64,000 bases of DNA from NCBI GenBank assembly GCA_048128005.1, contig JBEUKZ010000084.1:248001-312000 (forward strand), in the 5' to 3' direction. The position numbers were made by a program, and so were the translations under genes. Source of the stretch: Veleropilina oligotropha (Eukaryota). Shown in pieces: positions 51,501 through 59,995 of this stretch. The stretch's first letter is position 1. Each line of letters begins with the position of its first letter. Under the pieces are notes generated by a model, which worked only from the letters and a program-made list of their open reading frames with translations, was not told the DNA's origin and did no database searches.

Positions 51501-54500
51501 CCCATTGTTAATCAATACGTTATCTGATCCCTCTGATGAGGTTGGTACATTTATGAATGCAGCATCGATAGAATAAATTCTTAAAGATCTCCAATAAAGG
51601 AGATTGTGTTCACCCTCTTTGTCTGTTAGCAGGATCTCAAACATTATTGACATATTTGTATACGGTCATGAATGTTTAACCATGACCCATAAAATTTTAT
51701 TAAAATTCATGTAATAATAATGTTATCATATGATATAGATAAAGTTATGGTAGTTCCTATTCATTCTGAATACATGTCTACATCCCTACGCACTATTTTT
51801 GTTCGCAATATTACACCATCATTCTGAATTATCCTGTGACGTGTGTACCACCAATCATTATAACATAATGTAACTGCACTGTAACAAAATTGCGCATTTT
51901 CTTTTATACACTATATCTGTGTTGCAATATGACTCGTTTAGTACAATCATTGATCATCTAGTGGCATTGTAATATCTTCTTGTTCATATTTTGTAAATAT
52001 CGACTTTTGTGTAGATGGTTTAAATTGCCACATGACAATTGGCCCTGGTCCCTTAAGTGTGGATTACAAATTATTCTTCAACATATTTCTACGAAATAAT
52101 TCACACGTGGCACGTTAGTAACATTATGTTTAGTTAATGCAAGAAGCTATAGGTCTTTGTCTATATACGTTTCCACGTCAATAATAACCTGTCTAAATGA
52201 TAAATCCCATCGAGAACTTTTCATGTGTTATATTATTGATCCATGTGACCTCATATAACTGCATTAGTGTGCGATTAACATAACCTATCAGTATATGTGA
52301 TGGATTTTTGCTAAGTGACACATGAGTTGTTATACTAATTATTATTCGTCAGCTGAAATTGTTTAATATTAATGAGCCAGTCTCCATTGTTCTGCAGACA
52401 TTTGAAGTAACCAAAGTGGTGTGCCAAAGTGACTGACAAAAATTAGCAAGGTGTGAAACTCATAAAATGATAGAAGAGTCCACTTCGCATAAAGCACCCA
52501 TGGGGTGATATCTGTTATTCATTATACTTTCAAGAGGTTACAGGTAGCCATTTACAATAGATTACCTTGATATTTATGACAGATAATACACTGACTCCTC
52601 TGCGCGATATCTACATAATTCCCCTTGTTTCGGTCAGGTCATTATGTCAGATATCGTTGCAGGTGTCAATGTCTTATCTATTACATAATGATACTGCCAC
52701 TCATTTGAGTTTCTCTATCATCAATGTCTCATATTTTTCACCTGAATGAAAGATGGGGTCGCTTTTTCGGTAATTCCTCACAGCTCCGGCTTTTACTCAA
52801 CTTTGGAAATCCGGTTTTTCATCTCCGATAAAATACAGATTTTTTTTTCAAGATAGAACATCTCGGCCTAATTAGGTCGAACTGTAGAATTGTAAGCATG
52901 CATTGTTTGTTGTATTAATTAAAATATGCCAACATTCGCATTTGAATCGTATTTTTCATTGTATTTAGGTCGTAATGTAGAAATTAAAAAATTATTTTAG
53001 TCCGACGGAAGCACGACTTTGGACGCGTCGTTAATGTTAAATCCATGGGGACTAGCAACAGGTGAACCTCGGTCAGTCCAGGCTCACGGGGCGGTCCGGT
53101 GTATATACGTTTGTAAAGCCAATACAACTACGTACCCATCTATAAATAGGTCGTGAAATCGACAACGCAGAAATTGACAAGGCAGATAATACGCGGAGTG
53201 TGAAAATTTAAGACGAATACAAGCCGGAGCTCCTTAAATATGTATAAAAGCCGGATCTGTGGGGAAGTACCGAAAGACCACCGAAGATTGTGATGTTATT
53301 TTTTTGTACTTCTTTCATCAGCTCTGTAATTGGTGTGTATTATGCCACTGTATACGTATCTTGTTCTCTTTGGTGCCTGGCGGATGTGATTCTCATGTGT
53401 CTCCTTTTAGGTGGTGCTGTTGGACCTGGAGTGCTTGGCGGATCTGATTCCCATGTGTCTTCTTTTAGGTGGTGCTGTTGGACCTGGAGTGCTTGGCCGA
53501 GATCTCCTCCAACCCGGCCGGTCAGGTGAAGCATTCGGAGTCGGAGGATTCTATTACTCTCCCGAGTCCGGTAAAGCAGGTCCTAGACTCCCGACATGGA
53601 CTCAACCGGTACTTCACCAAGTTCATGGTCAATCTGATGCAGATGTTTGAGACGGACAGCCAGCTTCTGGACGACCGAGGATCGTTCATTATAAGGTGGC
53701 GATTATTACATTGTCATTTGGTGTGTTGGCTAAGGGTATTGAAATTGGGTTGGCTTGTATGTCTGTAGTTTCATCTGCATGTCTGTCTGTTAACTTACCA
53801 ATACGTTATGGAAAAACTTTGCACAAGAAGGGTTTAAATTAAGCTGATTACTTGACAAAAATCTGTGTTGGTCTGCTTCTTCTGTTTGTGTGTTTGTTTG
53901 TTCCTTGACAAAAAAAATTAATTTTTGTCAAGTATGTTGGTTTGCTTCGTCTATTTGTGTTTTTTTGTTTGTTTGTTTTGTGTGTCTGTAAGCACTCTAG
54001 CGGTCACAATTTTTGACGTATCGATTTGTAATTTTATCAAAAGGTGTACATTTGTAGCAGGTCGAGGTGATTAGTTTTTGGTGATTTTTCAGATGTTAAT
54101 TAACAAGATATTACGTCATTTGCTTAAATCGTTTTTTGTCTCTAGCGCAAAAACTATTTGTCTCTACAGAGACTTCCGGTTGCCGCCATGTTGTTCTCTA
54201 AATAAATCCACATCGGATGGTATGCGTCTCTATCATAAGCGTATCGTAGATGTTGCGCTATGACGAAATGAACATCCTTGGAAGGAAATTGGAGAGAATG
54301 GGATAACTCTTGTCACCTTATAATTAGAACTGGTCAGGTTTTCGACATATCGGTTTGTAATATTACCAAACTGTATAAATTTGTAACAGATTTAATTGAT
54401 TAGTTTTTGGTGATTTTTGAGACGTTACTTCACAAACTATTACGTCATTTCCTTTAATCGTTTTTTTTACTCTTGTGCAAAAAATATTTGTCGTAGAGAA

Positions 54501-57500
54501 ATTTGGTTGCCGCCATCTTGTTCCCAAAATAAATCTGCATCGGATGGTATGCATCTTTATTATAAGCATATCGTAGATGTTGCGCTATGACATAATGAAC
54601 ATGGGATAACTCTTGTCAACTTATGAATAAACTGGTCAGTTTTCATTGTGAGTGACCCAGGAGCAATGCTGAAGGCGAAGGAACTTGCCTTATCGATTTT
54701 TTCACATCCTGCAAGCGGTCATGTTTTGCTCATCTTGATCAGGAGACCAGAGACCAGTTTCAGACTATTAATGAGTTAATAGTCTTAGTGAAAATGGCAT
54801 GGGATATATTACACCAGACTGCAGTGCTAAACAAAGTCAGTAAGGCCCCTACACGTATACAAATAATGACAATGACAACATGGTTCTAAACAGATTAGCC
54901 CCTACACATATACTAATAATTACAATGTTGATGTAATAATATCTTTAATTGTGTAATGCTTTGAATATTAAAAACATCCAATTGATACTTTGATACAATG
55001 TTTTATTGTGTTGTATGTCAAATTTTGTCAAGTGTCGCTCGCAGAGCGATCTTGTTATTGTGTTGGTTTGAAAAAAATCATATACATCCGATATATATTC
55101 GTGTTCTGTTTATTTTCAGGCAGCTAACTTTATTACTGAATGCAGATGATATTTACCGCTCTCTTGCCGAAATTCTGACCCATGAGAAGGACATCCAGTT
55201 TGGATGCATCATGGTCCAGACACTCAATACAATCCTCCTAACCTCCACGGAACTGTTTGAACTCCGCAGTCAACTGAAGGACCTCAAATCAGAGGTAACG
55301 GTTCAGCTTTATTCCTATCGCATTATTTTATTCCCCAATAACTTCTGTCGCCACGTCTGCCAAGAGATTCCTCATGATCACTCTAGAAAGGTCATTTCTT
55401 AACGGAATGTTTTCTAATTTAGTATGTGCATTGGTTGGGGTGAGGACACGACACCTATAGATTCGCGTGTGGTCCGACCTCCAAGATGGCCACCATCTTG
55501 GATTTGCCGGAGGATACATATATGCGATCACAGGTGACCGAACATTCTAGCTCAATTTTGGACTTATTCAGACTGTGGTCAGTTAACATGATTGTTGCAA
55601 AAATATCATGAAATGCAAATTGATGCAAGACATCCTCTAAGTTGTTATTCTAATTCAAATATTTCTTTTATCCATATGTAGTTAATATGCTTTTTTTAAA
55701 TTACAAATTGTGTATTGTATATAATACTTTGTACTATATGGACCTAATTATCCCCCGCAAAAAAAATTGCAGACCGACCGTCCGTCTGTGCAAATGATCT
55801 TTTCCGGAGCGTATCTCATACACCGCTCGATATAACTTTTCGAAACTTCCTGGGTGTATTAAGTACTCGGTGAACTGGTGCCTTTTGCTAGATTCGACGT
55901 CATGTTGCTATTATTAACAGAGTTATTTCCCTTGTTCTAAATTCGTTAATGTTATCTTTTCCAGAGCGTAGCTCATACACCGCTTGACATAACTTTACGA
56001 AACTTGCTGGATGTATTCAGTAGTCAGTGAACTGGTGCCTTTTGCTAGTTTCGACGTTGTGCGGCGATCATTAACAGAGTTATTTCCCTTGTTCTAAATT
56101 CGTTAAATTTCTCTTTTCCGGAGCATAGCTCATACACCGCTCGACATAACTTTACGAATCTTGCTGGATATATTAATTAGTCGGAGAACTGGTGCCTTTT
56201 GCTAGTTTCGTCGTCGTGTCGCTATTATTAACAGAGTTATTTCCCTTGTTCTAAATTCTTTAATGTTATCTTTTCCGGAGCCTAGCTCATACACCGCTTG
56301 ACATAACTTTACGAAACTTGCTGGATGTATTCAGTAGTCTGTGAACTGGTGCCTTTTTCTAGTTTCGACATTGTGCAGCGATAATTAACAGAGTTATTTC
56401 CCTTGTTCTAAATTCGTGAAATTTCTCTTTTCCAGAGCATAATAAGCTCATAAACCGCTCGACATAGCTTTACGAAACTTGCTGGATATATTAAGTTGTC
56501 GGTGAACTGGTGCTTTTTGCTATTTTTGACGTTGTGTGGTGGTGATCATAAACCGAGTTATTGCCCTTGTTATTAATTTGTTACTGTTCTCCTTTCCGAA
56601 GCGTATCTCATAAACCGCTTGGCATAACTTTATGCAATTTGGTGGGTGTATTAAGCAGTTGTTGAACTTGTGCCTTTCGTTAATATCGACATTTTACGTC
56701 GAATATTCGCAGAGTTATTGCCCTTCCTTTAATTTTGTTATTCCCGACTATATCTCATACTGTGCTTGACTTACCATTACGAAACTTGGTGGGTGTATTT
56801 AGTAGTTGGTTAACTGGTGCCTTTTCATAATTTAACGTGGCGTCATGATTAATGACAGAGTTATTGCCCTTGTTATTATTTAAATCAACGATATTGTTTA
56901 AGAACATACAGCATATAGTAATTGCAGCGTATAGTGAATGTACCATTGCAGGGGATATTGATGGCTTTGTCTTCTTGTTTGTACCTTTCAATACTGTTTC
57001 ATTGCAGGAGAGCTGTTCCTTGTTTTGCGCTCTCTATAAGTCTTGGAGCCACAGCCCGGTGGCCACGGTATCGTTATGCTATCTTACCCAGAACTACAAG
57101 CATGCCTGCACACTTCTACAATCATTGTATCCTTGATATCGGTGTTATGTAGGGTTTTTTCGATCATTCTGGTGTCAAATGACCTTGGGTTGGATCAATG
57201 ATTAATGTCCTGTATATTTACAACCTTCAGGTTCAAACCAGGACATTATCGCGAGATGAAAGCCTGGTCGGTAGGGAAAACCCGCCCTCCTCTGCCAGTT
57301 TCTGACAACTGTGATTGATAACTGAACAAAGAATGCCATTGCGTGAACCGAGATTCGAACGTTCTCCTGTTAGTCAGAGCATTCAAGTCAGTGATTTCAG
57401 AGTCGGCACTCGAGACGACAAGGCTACCGGAGCGGCCTTCAGCTAACTATGTGGAAGATACTAGTCCGATTAAATAAATATAATTTCTGTGTTTGTTTTC

Positions 57501-59995
57501 ACTGAAAACGTAGTTAAGTAATGACATGACACAGCTATTGTGTAATTAAAGAGTCATGATGTATATATGTGCCTTGTTTAGTAATGCATTTAAGTGTTGT
57601 TGTTTTATTATTGCGATGACGCTCCTTAATGTCAACACCAGTTCCGAGCTGGAAGTAACCGTAGATTTTCTGAAAGAAATCGATAAATTAGTGCAGCTAC
57701 TGGAGTCGCCAATATTCTCATGTAAGTGTTTTCTTTCAGTATCTACAGTTCTACAATTGTACTGGAACCATTCATGAATGGATGTATAAATATCATTAAG
57801 AATTTGTATATATGTTAAATTTTTGAGTGATAGAAAACATTCCTTATTAGTAAAGTGCCACAGCACACATGAGTACTATGTTAAGTATGAACTGGATCGT
57901 CCTGTTGAACACTAAATCATTATTGACATGATCATTATAAGTTGTTGAGCGACGTCGCAGTAGTATACGGTTCGTTGTACACCATTCTACGTCAATAGGT
58001 GTACACCATACGTGATTATATACTACCAAGACGAAGATTCGACAACAAATTTATCTTGCTATAAATTTGAATTATAATATCCCAATCTATTAAATAATTT
58101 ATCCTTGTTGTTTATCACATTTTACGAGCGCAGACATTTGCAAATGTTTATGGCCGAGGCTATCAGCACGACGGTCGTGCTGATAACGCTGCTTATCGGC
58201 ATGTCAAATTTGAAATTGCAGCAAAGTTGAAACTCAGGGGCGTAGGAACAGGTCCGGCAGGCCCGGCAGCTGCCGGACCAATAATTTAGCCGAAAATGTA
58301 ATTTTTTAAATTGAATATTTGTCTACCAAAACTCTTAAATTTTGAGGCAAATAAAATGGTAAATATATAGCCCAGAATGCAGGAAAACGCATCTAAGACC
58401 TTCTACAGTTAAAAAAATTCTGGGGGGGACCCCCCTAGCAGGTTCGGGCCTTCAATGCTCACGGCCTTTGGCCGTTCGCCTATGCATCCCTTCATAATAT
58501 TTGCAGGACCAATGTCAATTTGCTTCCGATGCCCCTGAAACTACACGTATCTGTAGGTCTACGCAATTGCAATCAGGCTTAAAATAATGATATAATTTAT
58601 AATATGCACATTATAGATACGGTTGCTGCATATTATGTTTGATTGGGGTACATTGCAACAGTTTTTATATCGATTGGAGTTCGTTTACGGCGCGTAACGT
58701 TATACAGTTTCGTGAAACGTATTTTCGATTTGCGCTCGCAAAGGGACATACAAAGACTCTCTACTGCATTAAAAATTACGTTTGCATAATATACGGCGCA
58801 TATTTATTAAAATGTTGTTTTAATGGTACAAGTTGAATTTAGTTTGTTTAATTTGCGCTGTTTCAGATTTCCAACGAACGCAAAAACGTAGGGCCTACGC
58901 AATTGCAATTTGGCATAAAATAAAAATATAACTCATTATTTACATTATCGATGTATATTCACTAGCGGATCCCCCTTTTGAAAATCAAAAATGCATATCC
59001 CTCTAGTAAATAAAAAATGCTTGTCTTTGATTGTGAAAATGCGAAAAAATTCTTTATACATCTTATTGAAAAAAATTAGTGTCAAATTGCAGGAGGGGGT
59101 CAGTTTCACACTGTTTCTTGAGTTTTCTGAGGAAACAGGCGGTCTGGACCCCACGTTTGAAAGCAGAAATTCATGTGTTAGATTGTGAACAATATTAATC
59201 ATATATTTTAGTGATAATGGTACATAAATGTTGGCAAGAAATGTCCTTTTTGTTCTGTCAGAGTGCAGGAGAGGAGGTTTCAGGCTGTTGATTGTCAAAA
59301 ATTTCTTTCAGTTGAGCAGTTGATATAGTAATATATTAAAATTTTGATGAAACTTGTCCCCCCCCCTGATATTATAGTTGATGCAGCATATTTGGGGTCG
59401 ATTGACGTTGTTATAGTGCTTATGCTTAATAAGCCTACTACTACATTTATATACTACAGTGAACAGTTATCACTAAAACCTGACATTCATGGCTTCATAT
59501 TTAATTCATATATTTGTCATTAAGTATGTGTTACGTTAATTACCCCACTAACTAATCGGATTAAATCGTAGTGGCTAGAGGAATAGTCCGTCATGCCGAT
59601 AGCCACTTCCAATGTTTACATCTGATGAAGCAGCCAATTTGATTCGAGTTTTCGGATTGTGCCTAATATCTCCGTTCTCCTTGGAGACAGTAATAAGGTT
59701 ATTATACCTCGCATGTCAAAAAATGATGTCAAACAAGTGAGGTATGACAGTATTTACGTAACTAACATCATCCAATCAGAATGGGGGATTAAAACAAAAA
59801 GCAAGATAATAAACATAATTCCACCATTCCTCTGACAGATCTGCGGCTGCAGCTGCTAGACGTGCAGGCCAACCAGCATTTAATCAAGAGCCTGTATGGC
59901 TTACTCATGCTGCTGCCTCAGTCAGAGGCATTCAAGCTGCTTCGAACCCGGCTGGAGTGTGTGCCTCATTATCACTTGGCACCGCCCGACGAGAG
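24445..59995 (+). CDS. VAC14: Protein VAC14 homolog (PIKfyve-FIG4 complex scaffold, HEAT repeats); 16 coding exons traced, last exon not found in the window
   Basis: The spliced frame is consistent across all junctions and matches recalled VAC14 motifs: [111 protein letters not shown]. Confidence 0.97.
24658..25866. mobile_element. Foldback/Mutator-like non-autonomous element with long TIRs and a 9-bp TSD
   Basis: ~190-bp near-perfect TIRs (24658-24848 / 25677-25866) and a second inner arm pair (~25000-25086 / 25565-25652). TSD GCCGGCGTG at 24649-24657 and 25867-25875. Confidence 0.88.
27040..27190 (+). CDS. VAC14: VAC14 exon 2
   Basis: ttttcAG|..[56 protein letters not shown]; 151 nt. Confidence 0.95.
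27247..27507 (+). mobile_element. tRNA-derived SINE, full length
   Basis: A-box-like CAGCGCAGTGG, B-box-like GGGTTCAATACC, (CCT)n tail. 11-bp TSD CCTTTGCAGCC at 27236-27246 and 27508-27518. Confidence 0.88.
27975..29452. mobile_element. TIR element with 5-bp TSD
   Basis: CTGGGACTGATCTAGG / CCTGGATCAGCCCCTG imperfect TIRs, flanked by ACATG on both sides. Confidence 0.55.
29690..29857 (+). CDS. VAC14: VAC14 exon 3
   Basis: ttgc[64 protein letters not shown]; 168 nt. Confidence 0.96.
30266..30328 (+). CDS. VAC14: VAC14 exon 4
   Basis: ttgt[29 protein letters not shown]; 63 nt. Confidence 0.93.
30634..30741 (+). CDS. VAC14: VAC14 exon 5
   Basis: ttgt[44 protein letters not shown]; 108 nt. Confidence 0.95.
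31259..31368 (+). CDS. VAC14: VAC14 exon 6
   Basis: ccaa[38 protein letters not shown]..|GTACGA; 110 nt. Confidence 0.94.
31430..33676 (-). mobile_element. HINE-like element with large (~440-bp) tandem units, with a second HINE nested at ~32172-32621
   Basis: Repeated CTAGATCTCAGGTCCTATAC..TCAAAGGTCAAGGTCACAGAGGTCAAAATG blocks, ending CTCTAGTT. The nested element is bounded by TGTCTTGACCTTT / AAAGGTCAAGACA..TTCTTGTT. Confidence 0.7.
33685..34660. mobile_element. TIR element with 5-bp TSD
   Basis: CAGGCCTGCACAAA / TTTGTGTAAGCCTG; TATTC on both flanks; internal GCTTAACC subterminal repeats. Confidence 0.6.
34884..34990 (+). CDS. VAC14: VAC14 exon 7
   Basis: ttgcAG|..[35 protein letters not shown](D)|GTAAGG; 107 nt. 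Confidence 0.94.
35923..36128 (+). repeat. DIRS left ITR (206 bp)
   Basis: Reverse complement of 43136-43341; the two ORF-track peptides [17 protein letters not shown] are identical. Confidence 0.95.
36911..39160 (+). CDS. DIRS ORF1, gag-like (749 aa from ATG 36911)
   Basis: N-terminal Cys/His cluster ([22 protein letters not shown]), long S/P/T-rich linker, helical domain with LLRRDACL, basic P/K tail; first ORF of the element. Confidence 0.85.
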   Translation: MVRCSSSGCNQKIHAFDRHKECCKHRSCSIHHQCDLCFLLSDKQWATLSHHGKSTRATATVGPPPEKGQEETGKLPNVSYLSTSGTLDDSRQKGTSVAASTGETSATLGRVTETLPVPQIQVKTRVSTVPPQLGLVTAVSHTLPASKVYMTAQRTAEQGRPSPSFSSASKNKGTVSPSAGNSPSSYGDRPNAEKAFKEAGHLLVGLRLGQSAKPESSVENDATSPRGFPLNLEAHETFRGPGLSRAPTVVTLENVDRPAAFGTGFYGGFPSVPRSNRVVDRSELLPQSYRSSGPLTAPPGQSFGFDPSTSARGPWSSVRPVNAARLPSATVTSTELPAVSSSPVLPPGFSFENVQAWIAAGIEERCKAWPTAPEPHLVPTLLPMAQSTAPASVIDIDPRSDEDLCSNHTDLPESVGSEDISLTGTQEPTSSTRRRLDAVASLRGVLGLSEPTRSAVDVAKHRTAAHRFVAREAPELPSLPQSGLVDLVVDSITKLVQGRNPVESSPLNEFPSGFRSGRYLRASTRAIPFECTGPCLATEPARVDASLRRLTASHPPSVAKVPWSALEAFESSARRALRLSSVQDFFLDGAIAVLQENGPGATEAALSFLQEVAAAQETSALETGRVLGNALLLRRDACLEGTSLDEPTRRSLRCVPCSATTLFGDNFTEFVDKRAADIKDRAIEKAVLLPTRGPPANSKKRSGPTPAPKPSKRAKPSSGGRPPANKPTPKRRAPPAKSRKQSGIGKPRP
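39144..41234 (+). CDS. DIRS pol frame: reverse transcriptase, RNase H and methyltransferase-like domain, with one in-frame TGA at 40752-40754
   Basis: [45 protein letters not shown]. RNase [30 protein letters not shown]-like: [41 protein letters not shown]-track 39204-40754 and 40809-41234 are the same frame. Confidence 0.92.
39161..42145 (+). CDS. DIRS tyrosine recombinase frame, overlapping almost the whole pol frame
   Basis: The C-terminal ~360 aa carry the YR catalytic set: [10 protein letters not shown] (R), FLAKNQ (K), [14 protein letters not shown] (HxxR), GYW (W), FVKHYLRD (Y). The frame is open from 39161. Confidence 0.92.
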   Translation, partial: GCRHSRRPQLPAPAGGSVPVSTQPALARADRQQLGPLSRECRIQVGIQPASDLNRGTTNKTRSPPKRRETSGLRPGSAGFAPKKSDISRAAQHTRILQPFLPGPETRWPLETDPRSLVPKPISSYREIPARNPLEDSSGHPSGRLGSVYRSRRRVSACPDAYHGSSVPSVYTRGDDLPIQVPTVRSIVSPVRLHENSTGPGGLPTLSRAQGTYVPRRLADPRGVPRSVPPVYELYPVIDEAPGISDQRDKILLRALDDVYVPRSRLRYGPVHREADPEAYAEPTRGYPRHPVIGHNYGATTGHCPGAHRVGSAPATDGSHGQKTVTTGFQGSLDTTDGAVEGSHRSTALVYRHDSSVVEPRFAGPVGSYIPTRAERLPVHRRFERRLGWSPRQLRDIRPMADRPSGTTYQLPRVRSRLPVSTVTLVTSPQQAYNARHGQHDCRRLHTAPGRYTLASPMRPSNRPTPLSDVPQLDDSSPTHPGKAECQSGFALSEITDYTHRVDATQPSSSGCLPPVVATPSRLVCNRIQLLTTSVCLPVPRPGRPGGRRNVNDMGESVRVCLPPDVHSITGITEGSDRTLRDNANSAPLSHATLVSDPPRSDRRSTVSVTAETRPVNATTHPCTPRVAEPLTFTRLAVIERSLAKKGFSKATALRIYRSRRISTTKVYDYRWVKYVDWCHSRQINILRPPVNKFIEFLSSLFDRGMSVSAVKGYRATIATTLKQCRAHAGLSSDRTISDFIRSYELEIPTRRIKPPAWNIVLILNALLLPPYEPMSEITMRNLTHKTVFLIALASGRRCSEIHAFSSELRDIRFQSDGSVILRPILGFLAKNQRPNEDAPDVVIPKLTLVGRRDADRFNCPVRALRFYLDRTRELRQGKLLLFISYLPTYTRDITRTTVSRWISQTVRDVYIRCDDDDRTILSVRAHEVRAIAASVAFRHNLNINALLQAGYWKNANVFVKHYLRDYSTGADGLSSLHCVAAQRVIVRPRSSNQ
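42985..43075 (+). repeat. DIRS internal complementary region (ICR)
   Basis: First half is the reverse complement of the left terminus (35912-35950). Second half is the reverse complement of the right terminus (43322-43373). Confidence 0.95.
43136..43373 (+). repeat. DIRS right ITR (43136-43341) plus 32-bp right extension
   Basis: Inverted match to the left ITR; the extension TATACTAATATTAGGTTTACATTAAAACCTCA is complementary to the ICR. Confidence 0.95.
44835..46061. mobile_element. Tc1/mariner (pogo/Tigger-like) MITE
   Basis: TA|CAGTGGATTCCACTTAATTGCA ... TGCAAATAAGCGGAATCCACTG|TA. Confidence 0.8.
46481..47271. mobile_element. TIR element with 6-bp TSD
   Basis: Perfect 14-bp TIR CAGAGTGTCCAACC / GGTTGGACACTCTG; CAATTA on both flanks; internal 3x TCGCGCCTTCGGCGCTC. 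Confidence 0.75.
47540..48025 (-). mobile_element. HINE-like element (related partial copy at ~55326-55552)
   Basis: GTATCCCC..GGGGATAC hairpin, two GAGATTCCTCGTGAT..CTAGACAGGTCATT units, and a GTCTAGTT end. Confidence 0.6.
48046..49373 (+). repeat. 66/68-bp tandem array (~20 units) made of the VAC14 intron-7/exon-8 acceptor junction
   Basis: Unit: CCAG|ATGAGCTCATCCAGTATACAGCGATATCGTAGTACAATGATGGTTCTA(TA)TGTCTACTTTACCC. The last unit is the real exon start at 49345. Confidence 0.95.
49345..49483 (+). CDS. VAC14: VAC14 exon 8
   Basis: ccccAG|(D)[45 protein letters not shown](L)|GTATCCTTT. Confidence 0.93.
49484..50122 (+). other. U12-type (minor spliceosome) GT-AG intron 8 of VAC14; contains a decayed SINE (~49808-50040)
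   Basis: 5' site GTATCCTTT; weak branch-like TTTCTTATG ~10 nt before CAG; no polypyrimidine tract; frame preserved (CT|A = Leu). Confidence 0.8.
50123..50281 (+). CDS. VAC14: VAC14 exon 9
   Basis: ctcAG|..[52 protein letters not shown](V)|GTAAGT. Confidence 0.88.
50725..50860 (+). CDS. VAC14: VAC14 exon 10
   Basis: ttttcAG|..[51 protein letters not shown]. Confidence 0.9.
51172..51431 (+). mobile_element. tRNA-derived SINE, full length
   Basis: A box TAGCGCAGTGG, B-box-like GGGATCGACCCC, (CCT)n tail. 12-bp TSD CTGATATTACCT at 51160-51171 and 51432-51443. Confidence 0.9.
51475..51540 (+). CDS. VAC14: VAC14 exon 11
   Basis: tttc[30 protein letters not shown]; 66 nt. Confidence 0.94.
53378..53497 (+). 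repeat. 58-bp tandem duplication of the VAC14 exon-12 acceptor junction
   Basis: CTTTTAG|GTGGTGCTGTTGGACCTGGAGTGCTTGGC occurs at 53411 and at 53469. Confidence 0.92.
53469..53695 (+). CDS. VAC14: VAC14 exon 12
   Basis: tttt[52 protein letters not shown](R)|GTGGCG. Confidence 0.93.
53838..54650 (-). mobile_element. HINE-like element with two ~330-bp units
   Basis: CTTGACAAAAA..TTTTTGTCAAG hairpin, (TTTG)n microsatellite, and duplicated GATTAGTTTTTGGTGATTTTT..GGGATAACTCTTGTCA blocks. Confidence 0.55.
55120..55294 (+). CDS. VAC14: VAC14 exon 13
   Basis: tttcAG|..[64 protein letters not shown]; 175 nt. Confidence 0.95.
55748..56978 (-). mobile_element. HINE-like element with ~159-bp satellite core (~7 units)
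   Basis: ATCCCCCGCAA / TTGCAGGGGAT inverted repeat, CCGT microsatellite, repeated AACAGAGTTATTTCCCTTGTTCTAAATTC, and a TTCTTGTT end. Confidence 0.78.
57008..57126 (+). CDS. VAC14: VAC14 exon 14
   Basis: ttgc[41 protein letters not shown](F)|GTATCCTTG; 119 nt. Confidence 0.95.
57127..57641 (+). other. U12-type GT-AG intron 14 of VAC14; contains an antisense SINE (~57195-57437)
   Basis: 5' site GTATCCTT; branch site CTCCTTAAT at 57622-57630, followed by 11 nt ending in CAG; no polypyrimidine tract. Confidence 0.92.
57642..57721 (+). CDS. VAC14: VAC14 exon 15
   Basis: accAG|..[26 protein letters not shown](Y)|GTAAGT; 80 nt. Confidence 0.95.
58158..59611 (-). mobile_element. Non-autonomous DNA element (family of 14104-15575) with nested insertions
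   Basis: GGCTATCAGCACGACGG / CCGTCATGCCGATAGCC termini; interior homologous to 14104-15300. Confidence 0.65.
58235..58537. mobile_element. MITE with 5-bp TSD, nested in the 58158-59611 element
   Basis: CAGGGGCGTAGGAA / TTCCGATGCCCCTG; AAACT on both flanks. Confidence 0.7.
59839..59995 (+). CDS. VAC14: VAC14 exon 16
   Basis: tgacAG|(Y)[51 protein letters not shown]..|GTAAGA. Confidence 0.94.
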
